Shown one piece after another: positions 9,086 through 19,062 of a DNA stretch of 64,000 nt (position 1 is the first letter of the stretch; each line of letters starts with the position of its first letter). Below the pieces are notes generated by a model, which saw only the letters and a program-made list of their open reading frames with translations, searched no databases and was not told the origin of the DNA. The stretch covers positions 16,966-80,965 of the IMG/VR virus record IMGVR_UViG_3300003272_000012, one strand, 5' to 3'. The DNA is from a virus. Made by a program: the position numbers and the translations under genes.

Positions 9086-11128
9086 ATGACAACAGTTGCA
9101 AAAACAGCCGTCACATCAGATAAGTCTGAACTGGTTGATGGCGATTTATATGAAGCAAACGCTACGGATGTCACAACACCGCTGATTGACCTTGAAGATT
9201 ACATCAAGGCTGGTCACATGAGTGTTTCAGCTAACGATACGCATCTTGGTACACTCATCGAAAAATTGGTTGTGTCAGGTGATGGGATTGTACGATCCGA
9301 ACAGAATGATGGTGCTGACGAGACCTTACAGTTGAATCTATCAACAAAGCTTGAAGCACTGAATGCACTGTTGACCTCACTCGGGAAAGTCGGGGCATCT
9401 GCGATGGACTCGACAGGTGTGCCGAGTGGTTATATACCAAGAGCAAATGGATCGGGTGGTGTCTCATATGGTGCTGAAGGTGGTGGTGGTGCGCAGCCGA
9501 TTGACCTCACGGGAACTGCTGGTGAAGCATTGAGTGAACGCGACATGGTGTTCCTCGATGAGAGTGACGGGCAGTGGTACAAGATGGACATCGACGCAAC
9601 AGGTAGCATTCTCGCGGGTAAATGGCGCGGGTGTGTTAACGAGTCTGGTGGTATTTTGTCAGCTGCTAATGGTTCGATCAGAATATTAGGTGAAGTTAGC
9701 GGATTTACGGGGTTGACGGCGTGGAATCGGGTTTATGCTAACACCTCCCCCGGTGGCTACACACAGACGAAGCCAAGCGTTACAGATGGCGGTGGGCAGA
9801 TTGCTGTGGCTGAGATTGGGATGGCGGTTAGCACGACTGCAATATTGATTAAGCCGGAGCCGATTTCGTATATCAAACGTAAGACATTAGCCAACAATGC
9901 CACGATGACAGTTGAACATCATAGCGACCCTAAGTCACGTCAACGTGAGATCCGAGCGTATGTTGGGACGACAGTAGCAGGATCATCATTGGCGACGTAT
10001 GCGAGTGGTAACCAAGATGACTCTGTGTTATTGCGTCGGGCTGCGCTGGGTGGTAGTACGACTAGTCAGAGTTCTGATAATGTTGATGCATTGGTTGGTA
10101 ATAACGGTAGTTTTGATCGTGCACAGGCACAGGGTTTTCAGCTAACGGTTGGCGGTGAGTTATCAGAGATCACCGTTAAGTTTGGGGCGAATACAGGTTC
10201 TCCGTCAGGTACTGTTACATGGACAATTGAGACAGATAGCGCAGGGAGTCCGTCTGGGGTTGTACTGAGTACGGGTACATTTACGCCTACGGCAAGTGCA
10301 ATTAACACGATAACGCCAAGCGGTGGTGTGATATTAAGTGCATCAACACAATATTGGCTAACTATAAGAGCGACGGCCCCCCAAGCTAGCGGCGTGGGTT
10401 GGAACTTACGAATTGATACAACCGGCTCAGGTTACACGGGTGGTACTCGCTGGTTTAGCGGTGATAATGGCACGACATGGAGTAATGAAGACGTAACAAA
10501 CTTTTTGTATTTCAGTGTGACGGCAGATGCGACGACAGTTAAAGACAAATTGTCACAGAGCTTCCAAGTGACGGGGGCGCAGACACTTGGCTCAGTTAAT
10601 TTGTGGCTTAAGAAAGTTGGTAGCCCAACGGATACGATGACGTTACGGATTGAGACAGATAGTGCAGGGAGTCCGTCGGGTACGCTGGTTGATGCGAATG
10701 CGACAACCACAGTTAGTGAGTCTACCCTATCGACCTCTTATGGCGATATTTTGTTTACATTTGCGAGTTCGTTTAGCATCAGTGGCTCGACAACATATTG
10801 GTTGGTGTTGAGTACCGACCGAAGTGCATCAGGTACGGATTATGTTGAGTGGGGTGCTGATTCGTCTTCGCCGAGTTATGCAAATGGTGAGATGAAAAGT
10901 GAGGCATCGAGCACGTGGTCGGCTGAGTCAGCGGATGCAATATTTGAGGTATTTGCTGAAGGAACGCAGTATGATGAGCCGTGTGTGATTGGGCGGTGGT
11001 CTGGTGGCACTCGGGACTGTGCAGTTAGATTCGATGATGGGTCGGGTAGCAATGGCAACACGCAAACAACATTTAAGAATGTGACGGGCGGATCGTTGGA
11101 CTTCGTCTGTGAAGTAGAGGTGGCTTAG
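9086..11128 (+). CDS. tail fibre / receptor-binding protein with duplicated beta-sandwich domain
   Basis: Gly/Ser/Thr-rich. Two copies of Q.FQ.T...IETDSAGSPSG..L...T..YWL (DNA near-repeat at about 10225 and 10648). Confidence 0.7.
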   Translation: MTTVAKTAVTSDKSELVDGDLYEANATDVTTPLIDLEDYIKAGHMSVSANDTHLGTLIEKLVVSGDGIVRSEQNDGADETLQLNLSTKLEALNALLTSLGKVGASAMDSTGVPSGYIPRANGSGGVSYGAEGGGGAQPIDLTGTAGEALSERDMVFLDESDGQWYKMDIDATGSILAGKWRGCVNESGGILSAANGSIRILGEVSGFTGLTAWNRVYANTSPGGYTQTKPSVTDGGGQIAVAEIGMAVSTTAILIKPEPISYIKRKTLANNATMTVEHHSDPKSRQREIRAYVGTTVAGSSLATYASGNQDDSVLLRRAALGGSTTSQSSDNVDALVGNNGSFDRAQAQGFQLTVGGELSEITVKFGANTGSPSGTVTWTIETDSAGSPSGVVLSTGTFTPTASAINTITPSGGVILSASTQYWLTIRATAPQASGVGWNLRIDTTGSGYTGGTRWFSGDNGTTWSNEDVTNFLYFSVTADATTVKDKLSQSFQVTGAQTLGSVNLWLKKVGSPTDTMTLRIETDSAGSPSGTLVDANATTTVSESTLSTSYGDILFTFASSFSISGSTTYWLVLSTDRSASGTDYVEWGADSSSPSYANGEMKSEASSTWSAESADAIFEVFAEGTQYDEPCVIGRWSGGTRDCAVRFDDGSGSNGNTQTTFKNVTGGSLDFVCEVEVA

Positions 11129-11130
11129 TC

Positions 11131-11604
11131 ATGGCTAAAGAAATTACATATCAAACACCAAGTCCGCAGGTTGATGGGCGGATTAGTGTCAATTATTTGG
11201 TCCGCGAGAATACGACGGTTAAAGTCGCCGGGTTACTACTTCCGGCTGGAACGGATGTCGATGCTTATGGTGAGACGAATAAGGACGCGCTGTTTGCTGG
11301 TGGTGTGGATTTCCCTAGTGAGAGTGCATTAGTTTCGCCTGTGGCGGTTTTTGAAGCAATCAAGGGACGTAAGGCTCGATCTGTTCATTTAAAGGCGATA
11401 TTCTCTGCATTTGCCTTACTAAAACTTGATGGGAATATTACAGATATGAAGGTTGCCGCATTACAAGCTTATCAAGATGATAGCGAGCAACTTGCAACAC
11501 TACAGGCATTTATGACAAAGTATCAAGCCGCGAGTGAAGATGATCGCAATGCGCTGGATGCAATTGCTATATTTGCCGTAACGAGCTTAATTACAAGCCA
11601 GTAG
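11131..11604 (+). CDS. hypothetical tail-module protein
   Basis: 157 aa ORF tightly packed between fibre and Tal-like genes. Confidence 0.55.
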   Translation: MAKEITYQTPSPQVDGRISVNYLVRENTTVKVAGLLLPAGTDVDAYGETNKDALFAGGVDFPSESALVSPVAVFEAIKGRKARSVHLKAIFSAFALLKLDGNITDMKVAALQAYQDDSEQLATLQAFMTKYQAASEDDRNALDAIAIFAVTSLITSQ

Positions 11605-11611
11605 GTGTGTT

Positions 11612-13561
11612 GTGATTATTTATGCTGATGTATATGACCCGAGTGGTAACAAACTAGGAGATGGGCCAGTTGACTCACTCACCAGTGTGTCGGTCAAACG
11701 TCGACTAGATGCATCCGGATCTGTTGAGCTGTCATTTCCTTTAACTGACGAACGTGCCAATGATCTCATTCAAAATGAGCGACGGGTGCGCATATATATC
11801 GAGCATAACGAAGTCGTGCGTGAGTTAGGGCGGGGGGTGATTCGTCGCAAAAGCAAGAGCGATCCAGAGTCGAACGCGACATTGACCGCATCAGGACCTG
11901 ATGACATGGTCGAATTGACATTCCCATCATTGGGGCGTAATAGAGCATATACAAACCAAGCGTTAAGTAACATTGTCAATGATATTACCGCAGAAGCCAG
12001 TGGGTGGGGCGCAACTGTTGATAGCGGTCTTGGCGACTATGCCGTTCGGTTTGATGGGGGTAACCCCCTACAAGCGCTAATTCAAATTGCTGAGCAGAAC
12101 GGGTTGCATATTCGTCCATCGTTAACTGCTAAAACGATCGAATTAGGTGCATTTGGCAGTGACACCGGGTTAATCGCATTTGGACGGATGATCAACATCA
12201 ATGATGCTGTTGAACGTAACAATAGCCTTCTACCAATCGAGCGTATTGTTATCGATGAAGATACCCGAAATATTGTCAATTGGATTATACCGATTGGTGG
12301 CGGTGACGGTGATGCTGCGGTTACATTAAAAGAGGCATATGAAGCTGGTAATCGCACAACTGGTAATGGATATCGCTATAACATCCAACAAGTAACGATT
12401 AATGGTCGTACTGAATATGCCATTTCGGATGCATCAAGCATCAGCACATACGGCCAAATCGAGAAAAACCCCGTCAAATTTTCTAAAATTGTCCCTATTT
12501 CCAACTCAAAGGCGAATTTGACATTAGCATCTGAAGCAGTCTATGATGCAGCTTCTGCATGGCTCGAACGCAAAAGTGTCAAGCTCAACACCTACAAGAT
12601 TAACGTCAAAAAACCACGTACCACGATTCGTCCCGGTGACAAGATCACGCTAGATTACAAAGGATATGTAAAGCGCACAGGCACAGACGCAGAATTTGCA
12701 TTTGTTGACATCCGAGATGACTTCTGGGTGATGGAAGTTGAAGAGCGTGTGTCTACATCGGGTGTGTCTCTATCCCTTACAATCGCAAGTATCGATGAAC
12801 ATGTCAAAGATGCTCAGGATGTTGTGGTTGGCGCGATCGAAGCAATTGATATTCGCAATATCCAGATTCAACCATACCCGAATGTTTGGGGATATGTGTA
12901 CCAGCGACAGATGGATAGCAATCATAGTGCAATTGTTCCAGTACGCGTTGACGAAGCAATTTTGAGTATTCATCGCTGTTCTCTATACATCACAACCCGC
13001 CCGTTCCGATCCACTGCCAGCGCGGCAAGAAGTGGTGGTGCAGCTGCGACGACAAGTGCGGGTGGAGGCGATCATCGGCATCGCATGTTTGCTCAGACTA
13101 CGAACACCTATACATTCCCTGGAAGTGGTAGTAATCCGGCTACCTTACCAGCTCGCGTATTTAACGCTTTGCAAGCAGACTTAATAACACAAGCGAGTGT
13201 TGTCCTTTTAAATGCGGGGAGTTTGGATTTGTACACAGATGGTGCATCCGGTGAGCATACCCACACGATCAATCTACCGAATCATACCCATGAGCTAGAC
13301 TACGAAATTAATGACGATACCGATTACCCTGATAGCGTTGGCATTAAAATCAATGGAGTGGATCGCACCACTGCATTAGGTGGACCATGGGGAGTTGGTG
13401 GGTCGGCAATTGATATAGAAATCGACATCGCGCAATACATCGAGAGTGCAGCAATATTCCAGCAACGGCATCAAATAGAACTGTACTGTGATAGCGGGCA
13501 GGGTGAAATTGAGGTTGAAGTTGAGATGCAAGCCATTATCCAGTTTTTGAAGTCTAGTTAG
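11612..13561 (+). CDS. tail tip / baseplate hub (Tal-like) protein
   Basis: 649 aa (GTG start). IRPGDKITL and paired GxHxH motifs (GGDHRHR, GEHTHTINLPNHTH) are typical of phage tail-tip proteins. Confidence 0.7.
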   Translation: MIIYADVYDPSGNKLGDGPVDSLTSVSVKRRLDASGSVELSFPLTDERANDLIQNERRVRIYIEHNEVVRELGRGVIRRKSKSDPESNATLTASGPDDMVELTFPSLGRNRAYTNQALSNIVNDITAEASGWGATVDSGLGDYAVRFDGGNPLQALIQIAEQNGLHIRPSLTAKTIELGAFGSDTGLIAFGRMININDAVERNNSLLPIERIVIDEDTRNIVNWIIPIGGGDGDAAVTLKEAYEAGNRTTGNGYRYNIQQVTINGRTEYAISDASSISTYGQIEKNPVKFSKIVPISNSKANLTLASEAVYDAASAWLERKSVKLNTYKINVKKPRTTIRPGDKITLDYKGYVKRTGTDAEFAFVDIRDDFWVMEVEERVSTSGVSLSLTIASIDEHVKDAQDVVVGAIEAIDIRNIQIQPYPNVWGYVYQRQMDSNHSAIVPVRVDEAILSIHRCSLYITTRPFRSTASAARSGGAAATTSAGGGDHRHRMFAQTTNTYTFPGSGSNPATLPARVFNALQADLITQASVVLLNAGSLDLYTDGASGEHTHTINLPNHTHELDYEINDDTDYPDSVGIKINGVDRTTALGGPWGVGGSAIDIEIDIAQYIESAAIFQQRHQIELYCDSGQGEIEVEVEMQAIIQFLKSS

Positions 13562-13616
13562 TATTATGATATACTAAAACAGAACAAATATTCTAAATAA
13601 TGATCAAGGATTTACT

Positions 13617-14432
13617 GTGTCTGATATACCAGTAACAACAAATGAACACATCACTGAGTTGCAGTTACAACAGGCAATTCGTGATGCTATTTCTGGTATT
13701 CAGGAGAGTATCTCGGGTGCCAACAAAGCCTTAGAAAACAAAATGCTGGGTGCTGTTGATGCGCGGATTGATGCGGTTAAGCAACATGTGGAAGCTGTTG
13801 ACAAGCGCACCCAAAGTGATGTAGAGCGGCTTGAGCGTCGGGTGGATAGCAAAATTGATGCGCTTGACGAGAAATTAGACAAGCGACTTGATGAACAATC
13901 TCAGACATTGTTGGAAATCAAGGAAATGTTGCTACAGGAACAGGCACAATATTCAGTGTCATGGAACACTGCATTTGGCAGACTAGAAACACTGGAAGCA
14001 GACGCCGAACAGCGAAAACTCGATGTTGCATTGATTACCTCGAACCAACAAGCGTTGACCATGGACATCCATGGTGATGCGGATCGACCCGATACACCCT
14101 CTCTTTGGAAGATGTTAAAAGAAATGTCGGCGAAGACCAGCGACATTTTAACAGTAGCGACATCCAACAGCAGCCGTATTGCTCAGCTGGAAGAGACATT
14201 ACAAGCTGTCTCACAAAACACCAGTCGCATTCATCTGATTGAAGAGAAGATCCAATATTGGCAACGCATCAAAGATACGACTATCAAGGCAGGGCAGGTG
14301 GCGTCTCAATATCTATTTAGCCGAGTGGGTGCCGGTATAGCCGGGGTTGCTCTTTCAGCAAGTCTAGCATCTCTTGACCCGAATATCACAGATTTAATCC
14401 GCAATTTTTTGACCTATCTTATTGGAGGATAA
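13617..14432 (+). CDS. coiled-coil protein with C-terminal membrane anchor (lysis-position gene)
   Basis: Long heptad-rich region, then hydrophobic VGAGIAGVALSASLA. Own promoter (TGA-TATACT near 13567). Confidence 0.6.
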   Translation: MSDIPVTTNEHITELQLQQAIRDAISGIQESISGANKALENKMLGAVDARIDAVKQHVEAVDKRTQSDVERLERRVDSKIDALDEKLDKRLDEQSQTLLEIKEMLLQEQAQYSVSWNTAFGRLETLEADAEQRKLDVALITSNQQALTMDIHGDADRPDTPSLWKMLKEMSAKTSDILTVATSNSSRIAQLEETLQAVSQNTSRIHLIEEKIQYWQRIKDTTIKAGQVASQYLFSRVGAGIAGVALSASLASLDPNITDLIRNFLTYLIGG

Positions 14433-14862
14433 CATGAGAAACATTGTGAAGTTGATTGTACTTTTTTTGATGCTATTTGCATTGACAAGTCCAGCATTTG
14501 CCCAGGAGTCTAATACATTCCAAAGTGATCTAAATGCCGTATTTGCCACTGTTCTTATTGTGGTTGTGATTGTATTTGGTGTGCTTTCTGGATCGTTGCT
14601 CTATGTCATTCTAGCGATTTCGAAGAATCCGATCATCTTACAAGCTGCTGAGCGTAGTTATGATAATGCGCGAAAAGATACACAAGACTTAGTTAAGATG
14701 TTGCATACCTCGCTTGAATTAGCCGAACGACTAGCCACATCCGTCGTACCAGCCGATAGCAATATTGCCATTGGCATTGATAAAGCCGAAGATATCCTAG
14801 AAGAAATTGTTGATGGTGAGCCATTTAATCCGAATGATGCAAATTCAGCGGAGACTACTTAA
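14422..14862 (+). CDS. membrane protein, possible holin-like
   Basis: Signal/TM segment plus a second TM helix; likely start at 14434 after GGAGG. Confidence 0.5.
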   Translation: MEDNMRNIVKLIVLFLMLFALTSPAFAQESNTFQSDLNAVFATVLIVVVIVFGVLSGSLLYVILAISKNPIILQAAERSYDNARKDTQDLVKMLHTSLELAERLATSVVPADSNIAIGIDKAEDILEEIVDGEPFNPNDANSAETT

Positions 14863-15280
14863 GGTAGACATCGTCACAATAAAACAAAGCTAGTGAGACA
14901 ACCTTCTTCGCATTGACCTTGCCACGCCAATGCACGATGACATCTGGCGCAGTCGCCTTAACTAGAGTGGCGATTTTGCTGATTGTTCGAGTTGTATCAT
15001 CGTTGATATACACTGAAATGCTTGGGCGTTTATATTCATCTGAGTCATAAATCTCTGCATATGCTGCAATATCGATAGTGTGATCTTTTTGGGTGAGGTC
15101 TTTATACAAGCGCTCTGCACAAGATGATGCTACGATAGCTTTAGAAGCGTGGCCTTTGGCGATTACGAATTCTCCTGAGTTAAAGAACCCGGATTGTTTG
15201 TTTTCTAGGTAGTCTCGTAATCTTTCCAGATGAGGGGCCACAGATGTATTTAAGGTGATATGAGGTGAGGGATCTGGCAT
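14855..15280 (-). CDS. hypothetical protein
   Basis: 141 aa ORF with RBS (AGGAAG) and normal composition. Confidence 0.55.
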   Translation of the reverse strand: MPDPSPHITLNTSVAPHLERLRDYLENKQSGFFNSGEFVIAKGHASKAIVASSCAERLYKDLTQKDHTIDIAAYAEIYDSDEYKRPSISVYINDDTTRTISKIATLVKATAPDVIVHWRGKVNAKKVVSLALFYCDDVYLK

Positions 15281-15431
15281 GGTTTTGCTTCCTATTGTGT
15301 GTGAATATGATACGTCTATTGTACATGAATCCTGAGATTTATGCGATCTCTAAAGTATATTAAACTTTTTGATTAAGGACACCTTTCAGGGGTGAGCAGG
15401 ACAAAACATAGTATAATTAACATATATAGGG

Positions 15432-15477
15432 TAGCGGGTAGGCTTCAGGGGTGAGGCTTGCCCGCTATTTTTGTTTT
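15432..15477 (+). terminator. intrinsic terminator hairpin
   Basis: TAGCGGGTAGGC / GCTTGCCCGCTA 12-bp stem (2 G-U pairs) followed by TTTTTGTTTT. Confidence 0.75.
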
Positions 15478-15796
15478 ATGAGTTATCAAGGTAACGATAC
15501 TCGAAACCACTAATAATGGTGGTGTCCATATTGCGTCGTAACATAGCTATCTGAAACCCAATGTAGAACATATCGAAATTGTTGTTATTGAATATCTGTG
15601 CAAACATATCATCTTTACTATCTGTTTGACTCATCCATTTATCTGCTTGCATTTTGTCGAAAATGTCTTTTACCGTTTTTCTATCCCAATGATATACACC
15701 GTTGTCATCGGTTGTAATAGGGTAGTCATTACGTGTACACCACGACTCGACAGCTTTAGCTATATTCCCCTCGGTTTCACCATCAAAAATATCCAT
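15476..15796 (-). CDS. hypothetical protein
   Basis: 106 aa ORF with GGAG RBS. Confidence 0.55.
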   Translation of the reverse strand: MDIFDGETEGNIAKAVESWCTRNDYPITTDDNGVYHWDRKTVKDIFDKMQADKWMSQTDSKDDMFAQIFNNNNFDMFYIGFQIAMLRRNMDTTIISGFEYRYLDNS

Positions 15797-15950
15797 GTTC
15801 TCTCCAAGCTATTTGGCATTCTATTAGATTAGTGAGTATCTGAGATTGGTTGAATGACTTGGCGTGGGAAAGCACAACTTCAGGTGAAATCGAGATTGAG
15901 ACTATCCCTGACGGTGACTTCCAAAAAATCGTTAATGTTAATTCATGGGA

Positions 15951-15992
15951 AGGCAAGACAGCTTAACAGACCAAAGCCTTGCTGTCTTGCCT
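15951..15992. repeat. perfect 12-bp inverted repeat
   Basis: AGGCAAGACAGC (15951-15962) and GCTGTCTTGCCT (15981-15992). Confidence 0.8.
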
Positions 15993-16031
15993 AGATGCTG
16001 CTAACTCCTCAGGAAATGAGGGGTTTTGAGT

Positions 16032-17498
16032 TTACTCTGATTTATCTGTAGACGAAGGTAGGTTATCTGGTCGTCGATTCTCATGCCAGCCAAGACGTGG
16101 GGTCACCGAATTAGTTCCCATGCTCATCCAGTGTTGTGCCAATCGATGTACAAGTTCAATTCGGTCTATTTTTGGTAGGTTAGGAGCATGTTCGTCAACA
16201 TATGTCTCTGCTTCGGCAATATAGATATTAATGATCTCGACTTGTAGAGTGGCTTGTTTTTTCTGGACTTCCATGCGCTTTATTTCAAGATCAAGCTTTT
16301 TGTTTTCGGCATCTGCAATAATGGTTTCTAATTTTGCCCGCTCTACTTTAGACTGATTAGTGCTATCTAATCGAATTTGAGCTATCTGTGATCTAACTTC
16401 CTCGGTTTTTAGTGCATATGCTAACTTACGTTCTTCAATATCAATATCACGCAATGTAGCTTCTTGCCCACGCTTACGAAATTGGAACAACTCAATTAAT
16501 GATCTAATAAAATCACCCATACCAATAATCTCTATCTTGGGCGCTTCGTTATGTATCTGGATTACTCGCAATCCGTTAAAGCCTTTACCCGTCAACTCAC
16601 TATGGATACGTCCAAATACTTGAAAGTCTTGAAGATAGGGCACAATATCATTAGCTAAATTGTCGGGCGTAATGTTGGTCAGACCTTCTAATGTGATGTA
16701 GCGAAGATTATCACCCGCGATTTTCCATAAAACAGAAACAATCAAGTCAATGATAGATTTTTGTTCCGAACCAGTAATTTGTATTTGCACATTGAGAGCT
16801 TCATCAAGTGTATTTGCAAGTATTTTTCGATATGCTTCGTTTTGTCTACGTATAGTGTTGTTACCAATAGAAAGTATAGATTCAACAATCTGATAAAAAG
16901 CTTCAAGAATAGATATGAGGGATGATGCAAGAATGTAAGTATCATCACGGTCAAGGTCACTGGCAAGGGCACGGGCACGGGCAAGGAAACGGTCAAGTTC
17001 ACTGGCAAGGTCACGGGCACTGGCAAGGTCACGGGCAAGGTCATCGGTAAATTCAAGGGCGCGGGCAAGGGCGTGGGTACGGGCAAGTTCAAGGTCACGG
17101 GCAAGGACATTGGCACTGGTACGGGCAAGTTCAAGGGCACCGGCAAGGAAATGGACAAGGTCACTGGCAAGGTCACGGGCACGGGCAAGGTCACGGGCAA
17201 GGACACTGGCACTGGGACGGGCACTGGTAAGGTCACGGGCAAGGACACTGGCACTGGGACGGGCACTGATGCAAATTGATAATGCTAATAAATCTAATTG
17301 AAGAATATTCGTCTGTGGAATTTGTTTACCTAATTGCTCAAGAGTAGAAATTTGATCTATTCGCGATTCTAAAGATAAGATTTTATCCTCAGCCATTTGA
17401 TGATGACCTTCACGCAACTGCCGTAAAATTTGAGCAATGAATTCTTCTTGATCTTCGCCAATTTTTGTCACCACCATTTTGCTAATCCTATACTCCAT
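16032..17498 (-). CDS. ARDL-repeat coiled-coil protein (paralog of 34085..35338)
   Basis: Low-complexity LARDLARA repeat tract followed by a conserved middle domain and a coiled coil. Confidence 0.8.
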   Translation of the reverse strand: MEYRISKMVVTKIGEDQEEFIAQILRQLREGHHQMAEDKILSLESRIDQISTLEQLGKQIPQTNILQLDLLALSICISARPSASVLARDLTSARPSASVLARDLARARDLASDLVHFLAGALELARTSANVLARDLELARTHALARALEFTDDLARDLASARDLASELDRFLARARALASDLDRDDTYILASSLISILEAFYQIVESILSIGNNTIRRQNEAYRKILANTLDEALNVQIQITGSEQKSIIDLIVSVLWKIAGDNLRYITLEGLTNITPDNLANDIVPYLQDFQVFGRIHSELTGKGFNGLRVIQIHNEAPKIEIIGMGDFIRSLIELFQFRKRGQEATLRDIDIEERKLAYALKTEEVRSQIAQIRLDSTNQSKVERAKLETIIADAENKKLDLEIKRMEVQKKQATLQVEIINIYIAEAETYVDEHAPNLPKIDRIELVHRLAQHWMSMGTNSVTPRLGWHENRRPDNLPSSTDKSE

Positions 17499-17549
17499 TA
17501 ATTGTTTTTAGTAATTAAGTATAGCCTACAAATAGCCGACGAGCGAAAC

Positions 17550-17611
17550 AAAAAACGCCCTACCGAAGTAGAGTGTTTCTGTCTGGGTCGGTCGTATAAG
17601 CCGCATTTTGT
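17550..17611 (-). ncRNA. unidentified conserved RNA motif plus terminator, copy 1
   Basis: ACAAAATGCGGCTTATACGACCGACCCAGACAGAAACAC-hairpin(TTCG)-TTTTTT; 35/39 identical to 49231-49269. Confidence 0.55.
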
Positions 17612-17657
17612 CCTTGCTCAGTAAAATTATTAGACGCATAACTCGATAGAATGATTC

Positions 17658-17768
17658 CTATAAAGAAATGATGTGAAGTATGAACGCGCTCATACTCACA
17701 ACGAGAATTGTAAAGAAAATTAGTCCTATGATTTGTCGTTTGTAGTATTCTGCTTCTTTTTGATCCAT
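17658..17768 (-). CDS. small single-TM peptide (36 aa)
   Basis: MDQKEAEYYKRQIIGLIFFTILVVSMSAFILHIISL; starts right after the 17770 stop; below the ORF-track cutoff. Confidence 0.5.
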   Translation of the reverse strand: MDQKEAEYYKRQIIGLIFFTILVVSMSAFILHIISL

Positions 17769-17769
17769 G

Positions 17770-17994
17770 TTATTTGTCTTTACGCTCCAATTCTTCAAAG
17801 ATTACCTTTATTGATAAGAACACACCAATAAACCCAAGCAATGCAAAAAAATACTTTTCTATTGTCATGAACCTTGAATCTGTCAAAATGTAAATTGTCC
17901 AAGCTAGACAGGTGAATCCTGATAATATTGCAAACCTGATATTGTCGCTCCATACTTCTTTGCGCTTGCGCTTCGGTTTACCTTGGTCAGTCAT
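17770..17994 (-). CDS. small two-TM membrane protein
   Basis: 74 aa, basic N-terminus, two hydrophobic helices. Confidence 0.6.
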   Translation of the reverse strand: MTDQGKPKRKRKEVWSDNIRFAILSGFTCLAWTIYILTDSRFMTIEKYFFALLGFIGVFLSIKVIFEELERKDK

Positions 17995-18157
17995 TATTCT
18001 TTACCTTGTCTCTAGTTGATCCTGAAATTACTAAATAGATGAATAGCATAATTCCTATAGAATTTACCTAAGTTGTGTATGTCGTAATGATTGTGATTAT
18101 CACAATAGCAATAGTTAAAACATTGATTGCAATTAGATACTTTTCATTATTTGTCAT
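17987..18157 (-). pseudogene. two-TM peptide gene interrupted by in-frame TAG (18068-18070)
   Basis: RBS AAAGGA; MTNNEK...TYTT*VNSIGIMLFIYLV...KNND; its TGA overlaps the next ATG (ATGACTGA). Confidence 0.4.
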
Positions 18158-18264
18158 TTTTTATCCTTTAGAATTTGCCATATTTAGTTCTAAAAGTATC
18201 TCTAAGAGTAATTACTTATCATTAGTTATTTTAAAAGGTAACTACGGCTCAATATTTCCGTTAG

Positions 18265-19062
18265 TCACCCTGCCCTGTTCACAAACATATTGAACTGAAT
18301 CGCCCCATTCGATTTGACTTCATCCTCAAAGGTCAATTTCTCACCTGTTCGATTCTGAGCTATCCGAACATACTCTGCAGATGAATCACCACAGATGTAT
18401 TTGCGTTTTGATCGAATGCAAGCAAGCGCAGTTGTGCCGCTCCCAACGCACGGATCAAATACTAAATCTTTTTCCTGTGTGTATGTTCGAATCAAATACT
18501 CAAATAACTTGACTGGCTTCTGTGTTGGATGGAGCTTCTGAGCATTATCTGTTGTTGGGATATTGAGAATTGTTTTTGGGTACTTTTCATCAGCCACATA
18601 ACTGACTGGTTCACGTTCACCATAGACCTCACCATTATTTTGATTCTTTGACCCGCCGCGTCTATGTGACTCAGATTTAACCATTTGCGGATAATAATTG
18701 ACTGCTTTATGAGAGAAGACCAACACATCCTCATGCTGTCTCATTGGCTCTCTGTTGCAGTTCAAGAAGTTTGGAGCACGGTTCTTATTCCAAATCCAGT
18801 TGTGCCGGTACATTTCGTAGTTGCTAGAAACCAGCACACTTGTGAATGGCTGAGTAGCAGTCAACACAATTGCACCGGTGGGCTTGATGATCCGCTTGAA
18901 GGATGCCCACATTGGCTCTAATGGGATCACAGTATCCCATCGGCACTCTGTTAAACCATATGGAAGATCGCAAAGAATCATGTCTGCGCTTTCATGCTCC
19001 ATTGCATTACACAAATCGAAGAAATCAGCCATATGGATTGAATTTGGCTTAATCTTCATCAC
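18265..19062 (-). CDS. DNA N6-A/N4-C methyltransferase (beta class)
   Basis: CDLPY motif IV, HPTQKP, and DPCVGSGTT SAM-binding motif. Confidence 0.93.
   Translation of the reverse strand: MMKIKPNSIHMADFFDLCNAMEHESADMILCDLPYGLTECRWDTVIPLEPMWASFKRIIKPTGAIVLTATQPFTSVLVSSNYEMYRHNWIWNKNRAPNFLNCNREPMRQHEDVLVFSHKAVNYYPQMVKSESHRRGGSKNQNNGEVYGEREPVSYVADEKYPKTILNIPTTDNAQKLHPTQKPVKLFEYLIRTYTQEKDLVFDPCVGSGTTALACIRSKRKYICGDSSAEYVRIAQNRTGEKLTFEDEVKSNGAIQFNMFVNRAG

Noticed and set aside
1072-13561. TAG recoding, since several structural genes end in TAG
   Set aside because: Long genes are intact under code 11 and the next genes start right after those TAGs; only one small gene shows an internal TAG.
16742-17301. 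ORFs with PVPVTL / GTGK repeats (16742-, 17073+, 17110+)
   Set aside because: Alternate-frame or antisense shadows of the ARDL repeat in 16032..17498; no RBS or independent support.
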